A DNA stretch of 32,638 nt. It comes from Candidatus Latescibacterota bacterium. Lineage in GTDB: Bacteria > Latescibacterota > UBA2968 > UBA8231. The notes under the pieces were generated by a model. The model was not told where the DNA came from. It did not search any database and was given only the letters and a program-made list of their open reading frames with translations. The translations under genes and the position numbers were made by a program. Location of the stretch: positions 1-32,638 of the forward strand of contig CBDCNM010000002.1 of the NCBI GenBank assembly GCA_965219385.1. Reading direction: 5' to 3'. Of this stretch, positions 8,549 to 17,608 are shown piece after piece; position 1 is the first letter of the stretch; the number at the start of each line of letters is the position of its first letter.

Positions 8549-9838
8549 ATGGCCGCACACATCCTCACCCTGGGCCTCAACCACACCACCGCACCGGTCG
8601 AAATCCGCGAGAAGCTGGCCCTGCCCGAAACCGCTCAGCATCGGGCCCTGGTGCAACTGGTGGAAAACTACGGCCTGCACGAAGCGGCCATTCTCTCCAC
8701 CTGCAACCGCTCGGAGATCTACGCCGCCAGCGACGATGCCCGCGCCCTGGAAGGGGCCCGGCGCTTCCTCTCCGAGGTCCAGGGCATAGAGGTCCACCAC
8801 TTCAAACCACACTTCTACGAACTCAGCGACGCAGACGCGGCGCAGCACCTCTTCAGCGTGGCCTGCGGCATCGACTCGCTGGTCATCGGCGAATCGCAGA
8901 TCCTCAAACAGGTGCGCCAGGCCCTGGAGATGGCCCAGCACAAGGGCTCGGCCCGCCTCCTCATCAACGAACTCTTTCAGCGCTCCCTGCGGGTGGGCAA
9001 ACGCGCCCGCACCGAGACCGATATCGGCCGCGGCCGCCTCTCTATCAGCACCGCAGCTGTGGAGTTGGCCAGCCAGATCTTCGATTCCCTCGAAGACCGC
9101 CACGCCCTGCTCCTGGGCGCCGGCGAAATGATCGAACTCACGGCCCAGTACCTGGTGGACAGCGGCATTGCCCGGATCCTGGTGGCCAACCGCACCCACG
9201 AGCGCGGCGTGGAGTTGGCTCGCCGTTTCAGCGGCGAGGCCATTCCATTCGCCGACTTCGCCGCCCGCATGGACAAGGTGGACATCGTCATTTCGTCGAC
9301 CGCCGCGCCCGACTTCATCATCCTGGAAAGCGACCTGCGCCAGGTCATGCGCCGGCGCCGGGGCCGGCTGCTCTTCCTCATCGATATCGCCGTGCCCCGC
9401 GACATCCACCCCGGGGTCCGCGCCATCGACAATGTCTTTCTTTTCGATATAGACGATCTCGAACAGGTGGTCCAGGCCAACCGCGCCGAGCGCGAGCAGG
9501 AAATCCTCCAGGTCCAGAATTTGATCGAAGAAGAACTCAAAGACTTCCTGTACTGGTTCAACTCCCTGGGCACGGGGCCGCTGATCAAGGCCCTGCGCCA
9601 GCGCGCCCAGGATTTGTCCCGGGTGGAACTGGACAGGTGGACGGGCAAGCTGGCCCACCTGTCGGTCCGGGACCGCCAGCTGATCGAAGCCATTCTCAAG
9701 GGCTACGCCAACAAGCTGCTCCACGAACCCCTGGTGCAGCTGCGGGAATTCGCCAATGCCGAGGATGGCTACCTACACCTGGATACGGTGCGGCGTCTCT
9801 TTGACCTGGACCTGGACGAAGACCCCGAAAGCAGGTGA
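8549..9838 (+). CDS. hemA: Glutamyl-tRNA reductase
   Basis: GLNHTTAPVEIREK, ILSTCNRSEIY, GIDSLVIGESQIL, LGAGEM, IDIAVPRDI. Confidence 0.97.
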   Translation: MAAHILTLGLNHTTAPVEIREKLALPETAQHRALVQLVENYGLHEAAILSTCNRSEIYAASDDARALEGARRFLSEVQGIEVHHFKPHFYELSDADAAQHLFSVACGIDSLVIGESQILKQVRQALEMAQHKGSARLLINELFQRSLRVGKRARTETDIGRGRLSISTAAVELASQIFDSLEDRHALLLGAGEMIELTAQYLVDSGIARILVANRTHERGVELARRFSGEAIPFADFAARMDKVDIVISSTAAPDFIILESDLRQVMRRRRGRLLFLIDIAVPRDIHPGVRAIDNVFLFDIDDLEQVVQANRAEREQEILQVQNLIEEELKDFLYWFNSLGTGPLIKALRQRAQDLSRVELDRWTGKLAHLSVRDRQLIEAILKGYANKLLHEPLVQLREFANAEDGYLHLDTVRRLFDLDLDEDPESR

Positions 9839-9842
9839 TGCC

Positions 9843-10841
9843 TTGACGACCGAGTGCGCCATTTTTCTGAGTATCTCCCTGCTGCTCTACGGGGTCGCCA
9901 CCCTGCTCTTGCAGGGCCATTTCCTGCTGCACAGGAGCCACTGGGAGGTCTGGGGACGCCGGGCCCTGCGAATCGGCCTGGGGTTCCACGGCCTGGGCCT
10001 GGGGCTGCACTTTCTGATATCCGGCCAGCCGCCCTTCGCCCACATGCTGGTGGTGATTTCCCTGCTGATCATCGCCTTTCTGGGGGCCGGACTGCTGATT
10101 GAGCGCTATTCTCGCCTGCGCTACCTGGACCTGGGGCTGGCGCCGCTGGCCTTTCTGGGGTTGCTCTACCCCATGCTGATGCCGATCCGCTTCGAACAGG
10201 CCGAATCCATCCTGCTGCGCTACCCCTGGCTGGGGGTGCACGTGACCATCAGCCTGCTCGGGCTGGTGGGCTTTGCCCTGGCCTTCTGCACCGCCATCAC
10301 CTACCTGATCCAGGCCCGCTTCCTCAAGCAGGGTCGGCTCAATCACTTTCTGCCGGCCCTGGATACCGCGGCCAACGCCACCTACCACTTCACCGCTATC
10401 GGCTTTTCCATTTTTACCCTGGGTCTGGGCATGGGCGTCCTTTGGTTTTTCGGCGCCCCAGGCGAGTACCTGCAACCGCGCGATGCCAAGATCTGGCTGG
10501 CCCTGCCCAGCTGGCTGATGTTCGCGATCTACCTTTACCTGCGCGGCGTTGGGGGCCGCCACGGTAGCCGGCTCAAGTGGCTGGTCATTCTGGGTTTTCT
10601 CCTGTCCCTGACCAACCTGCTCGGAGTGCGCCACAACTTTGAGGACACCGCCCGGGTAACAGGATCGGAACGGTCTCCTACTTTTTGTCCGCCTTTTCTC
10701 CTTCGAGGTGGTAGGCGCGCTTTTTGCCGTCTATGGAGTGGACCAGGGCCTGCAGCACGTGGAAGGAATCCTCTTTCTGGACCACGAGAAAATCGATATC
10801 GTACTTCTTGCCCCCTGCATCCACGAAGTCGGCGCAACTGA
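9843..10841 (+). CDS. ccsA: Cytochrome c assembly protein family membrane protein (CcsA/HemX-like)
   Basis: About eight hydrophobic helices with WLGVHV, LPALD and DAKIWL, adjacent to hemA. TTG start inferred. The tail after about 10650 overlaps the convergent gene and is doubtful. Confidence 0.75.
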   Translation: MTTECAIFLSISLLLYGVATLLLQGHFLLHRSHWEVWGRRALRIGLGFHGLGLGLHFLISGQPPFAHMLVVISLLIIAFLGAGLLIERYSRLRYLDLGLAPLAFLGLLYPMLMPIRFEQAESILLRYPWLGVHVTISLLGLVGFALAFCTAITYLIQARFLKQGRLNHFLPALDTAANATYHFTAIGFSIFTLGLGMGVLWFFGAPGEYLQPRDAKIWLALPSWLMFAIYLYLRGVGGRHGSRLKWLVILGFLLSLTNLLGVRHNFEDTARVTGSERSPTFCPPFLLRGGRRAFCRLWSGPGPAARGRNPLSGPRENRYRTSCPLHPRSRRN

Positions 10842-11088
10842 CGTAGAAGTCGCCCTTCTTGACGATGCCTTTGTGCAGGGCCGCGAAGTCGAGCTTTTTC
10901 AACTCGCCCGCCACGGCATCGTAAATCACGTACTTGTCCTTCACGGTATTGTGCTCGATGTGCTGGTTCATGGCCTTCTGTAGATTGGTCCGCGTCTTGC
11001 CTTTGATGCTGGGATCGTCCCCGGCCAATCCGGCGGCGGCCATAACCGCGACGAGAAACATGGCTGCCAATAACCTGGTCTTCTTCAT
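10678..11088 (-). CDS. Secreted hypothetical protein (136 aa)
   Basis: Signal peptide MKKTRLLAAMFLVAVMAAAGLA, RBS AAGGAG, and a plausible globular domain (YVSCADF...YDIDFLV). Confidence 0.8.
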   Translation of the reverse strand: MKKTRLLAAMFLVAVMAAAGLAGDDPSIKGKTRTNLQKAMNQHIEHNTVKDKYVIYDAVAGELKKLDFAALHKGIVKKGDFYVSCADFVDAGGKKYDIDFLVVQKEDSFHVLQALVHSIDGKKRAYHLEGEKADKK

Positions 11089-11128
11089 AACTGCGCTCCT
11101 TTGTTGAGATAAGTGTGAGTTGTATTAA

Positions 11129-11276
11129 CAATAGTTCGGACACTTTTTCGATTTTGAGCGGATTTCCATGGCATCAAAACTCGTAAGTGCTTATTTATCA
11201 ACAAGTTGCGAATTTCAGTGCCGATTTCCCTAAGTCTTTATTTATCAACGACTTACAAAAAGTGTCCACAGTATTG
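11129..11276. mobile_element. 148-bp MITE with 20-bp imperfect TIRs, 5-bp ATTAA target duplication and two IHF consensus sites
   Basis: The left end CAATAGTTCGGACACTTTTT matches the reverse complement of the right end CAATACTGTGGACACTTTTT at 17/20. ATTAA occurs at 11124-11128 and 11277-11281. Confidence 0.85.
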
Positions 11277-11333
11277 ATTAACGAACGAAAGGGAAATTTG
11301 ATGTGACCATTCCATTAGAAATGCAGAGAGCAA

Positions 11334-11349
11334 TAAGAAGCCGTCTTAG
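11334..11349 (+). repeat. Solo left arm of the GAAGCCGTC repeat abutting the IS1380 remnant
   Basis: TAAGAAGCCGTCTTAG directly precedes the IS terminal repeat. Confidence 0.8.
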
Positions 11350-12492
11350 CCTGAATTATTCATAAAAAATGCGATGTCCCCTGTACAAATGGTTGTTTAT
11401 CCCTAAGTTAGGGGTAGACAAACCACAAACCATCTTGCGCGCTCGTTGCTGGACACGTTTATCGCTTCCTACGAGAAGCCGCCGAAGAAGCTCATCGTCG
11501 ACATCGATGCCTCCAAGGATATCACCCATGGGGCGCAGCAAGGGCCGCGATTCTGCGGCGATTCTGCGGCGCGTTTTCGCGGCGATTGTGAAGGCGTGGC
11601 CCAAGGTGCAGATCCCGTTGCGGGCAGACTCGCACTTCAGCCCCCCGGAGGTCCACGACGTGTGCGAAGAGTACCGCCTGTCGTTTATCCTGGGCCAGGC
11701 TCCTAACTCCAAGCTGCACGAACTCGGGGCGCCGCTGATGGAGCCGGCGCTGGCCCAGGCGGAGGAGAGCGCTGAAGAGGAGCCGGTGCGGCTCTTTTCC
11801 AGCTTCGACTACCAGGCGAAGAGCTGGAACCACCCGCAGCGCATCCTCTACAACCGAGGTTACCCAGGGCAAAGCCAATCCTCGCTTTGTAACCACCAAC
11901 ATCCGGGATCGAACCCCCAAGCTCTTGTATGAGAAGGTCTACTGTGCACGCGGACGGGCGGAAGGATTCATCAAGAATCACAAGACCTTCCTGCATTCGG
12001 ACCGCACCTCCTGCCATCGATTTGCGGCCCATCAATTCCGTCTTTTTCTGCACAGCGCCGCCGCCGTGCTCATGCACGCCATCCAGCAGATCGGCCTGCA
12101 AGGCACGCCATGGGCGACGGCCACCTTCGACCCGATCCGGCTTCGCGTGCTCAAAATTCGCGTGCTCAAAATCGGGGCGCGGGTGCGCGAGCGGGCGACG
12201 CGCATTCGTTTTCACTTTGCGACCTCGTATCCCCTCCAGGACTTGTGGAGGACGATCATCTCCAACTTGGACTCCAGCTAAGCCCACGCGGAAGAGGGAA
12301 AAAATCGATCAGCCGCAAAACCAAGGGAGTACTGTGTTCAAACCCGACGACATACCGCCTGAAACGGGGACCTGCGATCAGGTACCGATGCAAAACCTGG
12401 ACTCGACAGGCACACGAGCACGGAAAAGGCCCCGGGGCACTTAAAACATCGCGTGCATCCCGCTCAACTTAGCGATTTGTGAATAATCCAGG
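11350..12492 (+). mobile_element. Internally deleted, frameshifted IS1380-family element
   Basis: TIRs CCTGAATTATTCATAAA and CCTGGATTATTCACAAA (15/17), flanked by TTAG and CTAG. Transposase fragments lie inside. Confidence 0.85.
11434..12281 (+). pseudogene. IS1380 transposase remnant
   Basis: Fragments in different frames: LIVDIDASKDITHGAQQG, LRADSHFSPPE, FDYQAKSW, YCARGRAEGFIKNHK, SDRTSCHRFAAHQFRLFLH. The N-terminus is missing. Confidence 0.85.
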
Positions 12493-12942
12493 CTAGGTGG
12501 CCAGCTGTTCGAGTTCGCGCATAAAATCGCTCTTGTCCTTGAACTGCCGGTAGACTGAAGCAAAGCGCACGTACGCCACTTCGTTGAGGTGGCGCAGGCG
12601 CTCTATGACCCGTTCGCCGATCTGCTTGCTGGTGATCTCTTTTTCGGTCAGATTGCCGAGTTCGGCCTCTACCTGCTCTACCATTTCCTCGATCTGATTG
12701 ACCGGTACGGTGGTCTTGTAGCACGCCAGGTGAACCTTCTCGAGCAGCTTGCCGCGGTCGAAAGGCTCTCTCCTGCCGTCCGATTTGATGACGGTCAGGG
12801 GAACGTGCTCAATGTATTCGTAGGTGGTGAAGCGCTTGCCGCATTCGACGCATTCCCGCCGCCGGCGAATGGCCATGCCCTCGCGGCACGAACGCGAGTC
12901 TACCACCTTGTCGTCCTGGTGATCGCAGTAGGGACAACGCAT
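12493..12942 (-). CDS. nrdR: Transcriptional repressor NrdR
   Basis: MRCPYC...VVDSR...IRRRRECVECGKRFTTYE, ATP cone, VAYVRFASVYRQFKD. Confidence 0.97.
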   Translation of the reverse strand: MRCPYCDHQDDKVVDSRSCREGMAIRRRRECVECGKRFTTYEYIEHVPLTVIKSDGRREPFDRGKLLEKVHLACYKTTVPVNQIEEMVEQVEAELGNLTEKEITSKQIGERVIERLRHLNEVAYVRFASVYRQFKDKSDFMRELEQLAT

Positions 12943-13043
12943 GAGATAAACCTCGAGAAAAGATGTGCTGCCTGGGAGTACAGCCAAAAAGTTGGCTGGG
13001 GGATCGCGGGGGGATGGGACAAAAAGGTTAAAGAGATAGACTT

Positions 13044-13072
13044 AGGATAATAAAAACAGGGAGATATGGCAA
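13044..13072 (-). promoter_or_regulatory. Putative sigma-70 promoter for nrdR
   Basis: Minus-strand TTGCCA-N17-TATCCT in an AT-rich intergenic region. Confidence 0.45.
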
Positions 13073-13735
13073 CTAGTTTTTGAGCGTAAAGTTGAACGGC
13101 AGACTAACCCAGACCCGCACGGGTTTGTCGTTTTGAATGGCCGGTGAAAACTCCCATTGCAAGGCCGCTTTCCTGGCGGCCTCGTGGAAGACAGGGGCAC
13201 CATCTATCTCGCCGACCTGTTCGACCTTGCCGTCCTTGCCTACCAGGACCTGCACGAAGACCCTGTCCTCGATGCCGGCCTTGCGGGCGATTTCCGGGTA
13301 CTCCGGCACGACCTCCTTTTTCGCTTTCGGTTGCTTTTCCACCTTCCAGATCTCCACCACATCTTCTTCTTCCTCTTCCAGGTCGACCTCCTCGAAGACC
13401 TCTTCCTCCAGGGGGGGCGGAGGTAGCAAATCGTCCAGGTCCATATCCAGGTCGGTGGTTTCGATGGTGACGTCGTCGGGTACGTCCGGGTTGTCCGTGG
13501 CGATCGGCACCACCGGGCGCGAGGGCGGGGGCGGCCGGCGTTCCTGGCGGGTCTCCGGGATATCCTCGAGCTGGATGATGATGGGCTTTTCCGCCCGGGC
13601 AAAGGATTCGGGCTCAAAGGTGGGAAAAAAGAGGATGAGCACCGCGTTGATCAGGGCCGAACTGCCCACGGAGACCCACAGAGCCTTGTTGTATCCCTGC
13701 CGCAAATCGGCTTCGGGGCGCTTGCCGCGAATCAT
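13073..13735 (-). CDS. tonB: Energy transducer TonB
   Basis: N-terminal TM helix, Pro/acid-rich linker, PEYPEIARKAGIE...WEFSPAIQNDKPV. Confidence 0.92.
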   Translation of the reverse strand: MIRGKRPEADLRQGYNKALWVSVGSSALINAVLILFFPTFEPESFARAEKPIIIQLEDIPETRQERRPPPPSRPVVPIATDNPDVPDDVTIETTDLDMDLDDLLPPPPLEEEVFEEVDLEEEEEDVVEIWKVEKQPKAKKEVVPEYPEIARKAGIEDRVFVQVLVGKDGKVEQVGEIDGAPVFHEAARKAALQWEFSPAIQNDKPVRVWVSLPFNFTLKN

Positions 13736-14145
13736 TCGTCCCGCTCCCGGTTGGTGGCGAAGTTGACCCGCAGGGCCTCCACCTTGCGCAATTCTTCCAG
13801 CACGTCGGCGACCAGGCCGAAGTTGGCGTTGGCATCGGCCTTGAGCGAGACGATGGTGCGCGGATCCCGGGTCATCTTGGCGTGCATGATCTTGCCCACC
13901 TGTTCCAGGCCTATGTTCTGGTCGTCGATGTTGATCACCCCCTGGCCGTTGATCCAGATGTGGGTGACGATGCGCCGGTTTTCCAGTTTTTCGATCTTCT
14001 CGGCTTCCGGCATTTTCACCGGGATGCCGCGGTAGCGCACAAAGACCGTGGTAACCATGAAGAAGACCAAGAGCAAAAAGGAGATATCCGCCATCGAGGC
14101 GGTGGGCACCACGGAGACGACCTTGGCTTTGCGGTTGAATTTCAT
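13732..14145 (-). CDS. exbD: ExbD/TolR family protein
   Basis: PTASMADISFLLLVFFMVTT, VSLKAD. Confidence 0.92.
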   Translation of the reverse strand: MKFNRKAKVVSVVPTASMADISFLLLVFFMVTTVFVRYRGIPVKMPEAEKIEKLENRRIVTHIWINGQGVINIDDQNIGLEQVGKIMHAKMTRDPRTIVSLKADANANFGLVADVLEELRKVEALRVNFATNRERDE

Positions 14146-14147
14146 CT

Positions 14148-14564
14148 CTACTCTTCGGGATTGGCGATGGAGATCCGGGTGGCGCCGGCCAGCTTGAGCT
14201 CGTCCAGCACGTCTACGAACATCCGGTAGGTGGCGCCGCGCTCGGCCTTGAGCGAGACGATCAGCTTGTCGTTGGCCGCCAGGCGGGTCTCCACCTCCGC
14301 ACGCAATCCCTCAAAGGCGATCGGCGTGAGTGCATCGGGCGGCTCGTACAAGGCGATTGCATCCTGTTCGTTGATCCAGATATTGCAGATGTTCTTCTGC
14401 TTGACCTCCTTGGTCTCACCCACCGGGGGCAGGTGCAAAGACAACCCCTTGTCCTGGTACATGGTGGTGGTCACCAGGAAGAAGACGATGAGCAGAAAGG
14501 CGATATCCGCCATCGAGGCCGTGGGGATCTCGGGGGGCACCCGCCGTTCGCGGCGCTGGATCAC
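14148..14564 (-). CDS. exbD: ExbD/TolR family protein
   Basis: IPTASMADIAFLLIVFFLVTT, FVDVLDELKLAG. GTG start overlapping the exbB stop. Confidence 0.92.
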   Translation of the reverse strand: MIQRRERRVPPEIPTASMADIAFLLIVFFLVTTTMYQDKGLSLHLPPVGETKEVKQKNICNIWINEQDAIALYEPPDALTPIAFEGLRAEVETRLAANDKLIVSLKAERGATYRMFVDVLDELKLAGATRISIANPEE

Positions 14565-15202
14565 GCTTCCTCTCCCGTCTTGAGCTTGCCCTGCTGGACC
14601 ATTTCGGAGAGCACGTCAATGAAGGCGGCGGTCTGCTCTTGCATATCGGCGATGATCTTGTCGATGCGGTTGGCAAAGAAGTTGTAGCAGAACTGGATCA
14701 GGATGCCCACCACCAGGCCCGAGGCCGTGGTGATCAGCGCCTCGGAGATGCCGCCGGCCACGGCCGAAGGCTCGACATCGCCGAGTTCCTCGATCTTCCT
14801 GAAGGCGTTGATCATGCCGCTCACCGTGCCCAGGAAACCGATCATCGGCCCCAGGTTGGCCACGGTCGAGAGCCACACCATGCCGCGCTCCAGAAAGGCC
14901 ATCTCCACGGCGCCGGTGTTCTCGATGGCCTTTTCCACGTGATCGATGCCCCGGTGCAGGCGCAGCAGCCCGGCGTGGATCACCGAGGCCACCGGTCCCC
15001 GCGTTTGCGCGCACAACTCGGCGGCCTGGTCCGGACCACCCGAGCGCAGTGTGCTTTCCAGGTTCTCGAAAAACTTGCTGGCGTCGATCGCGGCCTTCGA
15101 GAGGTTGTAGAGGCGCTCGATGGCGACCCCGATCCCGAAGATCAGCAGCAGCAACAAGGGCCACATGGCCCATCCTCCCTTGTCGAAAAGCTCTAGTAAC
15201 AT
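14561..15202 (-). CDS. exbB: MotA/TolQ/ExbB proton channel protein
   Basis: GGWAMWPL, GPMIGFLGTVSGMINAF, AVAGGISEALITTASGL. Confidence 0.93.
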   Translation of the reverse strand: MLLELFDKGGWAMWPLLLLLIFGIGVAIERLYNLSKAAIDASKFFENLESTLRSGGPDQAAELCAQTRGPVASVIHAGLLRLHRGIDHVEKAIENTGAVEMAFLERGMVWLSTVANLGPMIGFLGTVSGMINAFRKIEELGDVEPSAVAGGISEALITTASGLVVGILIQFCYNFFANRIDKIIADMQEQTAAFIDVLSEMVQQGKLKTGEEA

Positions 15203-15254
15203 CAATCTCTCCTCGCTCGATGGGTTGGTGTCTTTTCCGCAAACAAATCCCGTT

Positions 15255-16409
15255 TCATTCCTGGCTGTCCCCTGCGCCGAAGAATTCCCGCTTCAGCTTT
15301 TCCTCCTCGGTTTCCGGAGGCCGCAGCTTCCAGATGCGCTGCTGCGCAATCTGCTCCCAGGCCGGATCGGCCTTGGCCTTTTCGTAGGCGGCAAGCGCCT
15401 CCTCCTCAGCGCCCTCCAGGAGCAGCAGATCCCCTCTGCACACCTGCAGATAAGCGTTGTTTTCATCTATCCGCAGACCTCGTTCCAGCCACTGGCGCGC
15501 CCTGTCTGGACGGTCGTCGTGCAGGTACAGCTCCACCAGCACCGCCACTGTCTCCAGGTCCTTGGGATTGGACCGGGCCATGCCCTCCAAGCCCTTGATG
15601 CGCCTAGTTTTATCGTCGTTTTCTTCGGCCAGATCGGCCATCTGGCTGTAGTAGGAATAGCGGTTCTCAGGATCGCTCTCGACCAGCTTCACCAGGCTCT
15701 CAAAAGCACCCTCCGCATCGCCGGTCTGGAGCTGCAACCCCAGAATGGACTCCAGGGTTTCCAGCTTCTCGTCCCGTCCGACCCGGCTGCTGTCGCTGGC
15801 CAGTCCCTGAGCCTCCAGCAAACGGCGGTGCCATGCCAGGGCCTGGGAAACCTCACCCAGGTCCTCGTGCAACACGGCGAGCAGGCCGAACAATTCCTCG
15901 TCTCCTCCCTCGGCTTCCACAATCCAGTCATAGTGTCGGATGGCGGCACGGGTCTGGTTCAGGCGGCGATAGAGATCGGCCAGTTTGCGGCGGTGCTGTA
16001 GCTCGTCGGGCCGGGCGCGCACCACCCGCTCCAGGTACTGGGCCGCGGAATCGGGCTGCGCGGACTGGTAGAGCTTGTAAAGCATGAGATTGGGGTTGAC
16101 GGACAGAGAATCCAGGGCCAGGGCCTGCTTAAAAGCCTGTTTGGCGGCGGCGAAGTCCTTCCTGGTAAAGTGTATCTGACCGACGTAATAATGGGCCTTT
16201 CTGGCTTTTTTAGTATCGGACTCGTACTTTAGGTACTCACCGTAGTACTTCAGCGCGTCGTCGTAGTCCTTTTTGTCGCGGGCTGTCTTGGCCAGGAAGC
16301 GGTACTTGCGGATGGAATCCGACACCGCTACCTCCGCGGCCGCCATCTGGACCGCCAGACCGAGGTTGGTAAAACAACAAACCAAACAAATCCAGAGTGC
16401 AAACTTCAT
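15255..16409 (-). CDS. Secreted tetratricopeptide-repeat protein
   Basis: Signal peptide and multiple TPR-like helices (AHYYVGQIHF...AKQAFKQALALD). First gene of the exbBD-tonB operon. Confidence 0.85.
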   Translation of the reverse strand: MKFALWICLVCCFTNLGLAVQMAAAEVAVSDSIRKYRFLAKTARDKKDYDDALKYYGEYLKYESDTKKARKAHYYVGQIHFTRKDFAAAKQAFKQALALDSLSVNPNLMLYKLYQSAQPDSAAQYLERVVRARPDELQHRRKLADLYRRLNQTRAAIRHYDWIVEAEGGDEELFGLLAVLHEDLGEVSQALAWHRRLLEAQGLASDSSRVGRDEKLETLESILGLQLQTGDAEGAFESLVKLVESDPENRYSYYSQMADLAEENDDKTRRIKGLEGMARSNPKDLETVAVLVELYLHDDRPDRARQWLERGLRIDENNAYLQVCRGDLLLLEGAEEEALAAYEKAKADPAWEQIAQQRIWKLRPPETEEEKLKREFFGAGDSQE

Positions 16410-16620
16410 AGGAGGTCAGTCACCTCTGGCCAAAGGAGTCCCAAAGGGTACGACGGTGGGCAAGATGTGAATGGGCGCAAACCGCATGGATCGGTCGATA
16501 CCTTGGGAGTGCTCCTGGACATCCTGGTCACTGCGGATTATGGAGTCTTAACGCGCAACAGCGAAGCCTTGATTCGGATTGCCATGATTCATCTGTTGGT
16601 TAAGCGACTCGCGGCCTGCA

Positions 16621-16640
16621 GGAATTTGGAGACGGCTTCT
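16621..16640 (-). repeat. Left arm of the GAAGCCGTC repeat in reverse orientation
   Basis: Minus-strand AGAAGCCGTCTCCAAATTCC versus consensus AGAAGCCGTCTTAAAATTCC. Confidence 0.75.
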
Positions 16641-16928
16641 GTTTAAATTTGCAAACTCGGTCGCCCGATGTCAACACACATTTTTTCTGTTACACCGGTA
16701 CAACAGCTGTGTTACGTATTGAGCGAAGCTATCACCGGTCGCCCCCCGCCGCCCGGCTCGCCCAGACCAGCAGAGCGCCCTCGACCCCTGGAAAGCCGGT
16801 GACAAACTTCCGCCGTGCCGCACGAGTGCTTGACAAATTTGCTTGAGCGACCCGATTTTTTGAAATATGGCGAAAATAGTCAGCCTGTGTCTAACGAAGA
16901 AACCGGACCTGATTGGTGTCCATAATAT

Positions 16929-17540
16929 ATGCCCAGATTAATAAAAATCTTGAGCTTGAATTCCGCGGAAAACGAGCGCATCCGCAACATCGTCGCTGGC
17001 GATACCACGGCTTTCCGCTCCCTGGTGCGCGACTACCATCCCCTGGCCTACAGCCTGGCCTTCAAAACCTTGAACGACCGCCAGGATGCCGAAGAAGTGG
17101 TCCAGGATGCCTTTGTCAAGATCCACCAGGCTCTGGACGGTTTCCGGGGAGAGGCATCGCTCAAGACCTGGATCCTGCGCATCGTCCTGCGCCTCAGCCT
17201 GAATCGCCGCCGGGACCGCTCGCGCAGTTCCTGGTATCGCCTGGGCCTGCATCAGAAAGAGGCTGGAAATACATCGGAAACCCAGGACGAGACCAGGCTC
17301 TCTGGCCCGCAAGATCCCGAGTCGCTGTGCATTTCTCGGGAAACCCGGCAGCTCCTCCTCAAACTGGTGGACGAACTGCCCGATGCTCTGCGGGACGTTC
17401 TGATTCTCAACACCCTGGAAGAGCTTTCGTATGAGGAAATCGCGCGCATCCTACAAATCCCTGCGGGGACGGTGGGTTCGCGCATCCATGCCGCGCGCAA
17501 AAAGCTTTTAAAAAAACTCGGGCAAAACGGACTGCTGTAA
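16929..17540 (+). CDS. ECF RNA polymerase sigma factor (RpoE/SigW-like)
   Basis: DAEEVVQDAF, FRGEASLKTWILRI, LSYEEIARILQIPAGTVGSRIHAARKKL. Confidence 0.93.
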   Translation: MPRLIKILSLNSAENERIRNIVAGDTTAFRSLVRDYHPLAYSLAFKTLNDRQDAEEVVQDAFVKIHQALDGFRGEASLKTWILRIVLRLSLNRRRDRSRSSWYRLGLHQKEAGNTSETQDETRLSGPQDPESLCISRETRQLLLKLVDELPDALRDVLILNTLEELSYEEIARILQIPAGTVGSRIHAARKKLLKKLGQNGLL

Positions 17541-17605
17541 GAAGCCTTCTTAAAATTCCCGGTGCATCCCAAGAGTGGCTGCCGGCGGGGTTTTCAGACG
17601 GCTTC
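17541..17605 (+). repeat. Complete 65-bp palindromic MITE-like repeat on the sigma-factor TAA stop
   Basis: TAA|GAAGCCTTCTTAAAATTCCCGG...CCGGCGGGGTTTTCAGACGGCTTC|TAA. Confidence 0.85.
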
Positions 17606-17608
17606 TAA

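Noticed and set aside
16544..16605. attC-like ends (GCTTAAC...GTTAAG) in the leader hairpin
   Set aside because: The L-box geometry does not fit, the segments that should be unpaired are paired, it is a single site, and there is no integrase.
16830..16860. TTGACA upstream of the ECF sigma gene as a promoter
   Set aside because: There is no convincing -10 at 16-18 bp, and no correctly spaced ECF-type AAC/GTC pair was found.
17593..17602. Exact Neisseria DNA uptake sequence GCCGTCTGAA here (minus strand) and at 8252-8261
   Set aside because: Both are variants of the local repeat arm. The consensus here is GCCGTCTTAA/GCCGTCTCAA, and the gene content is not Neisseria-like.
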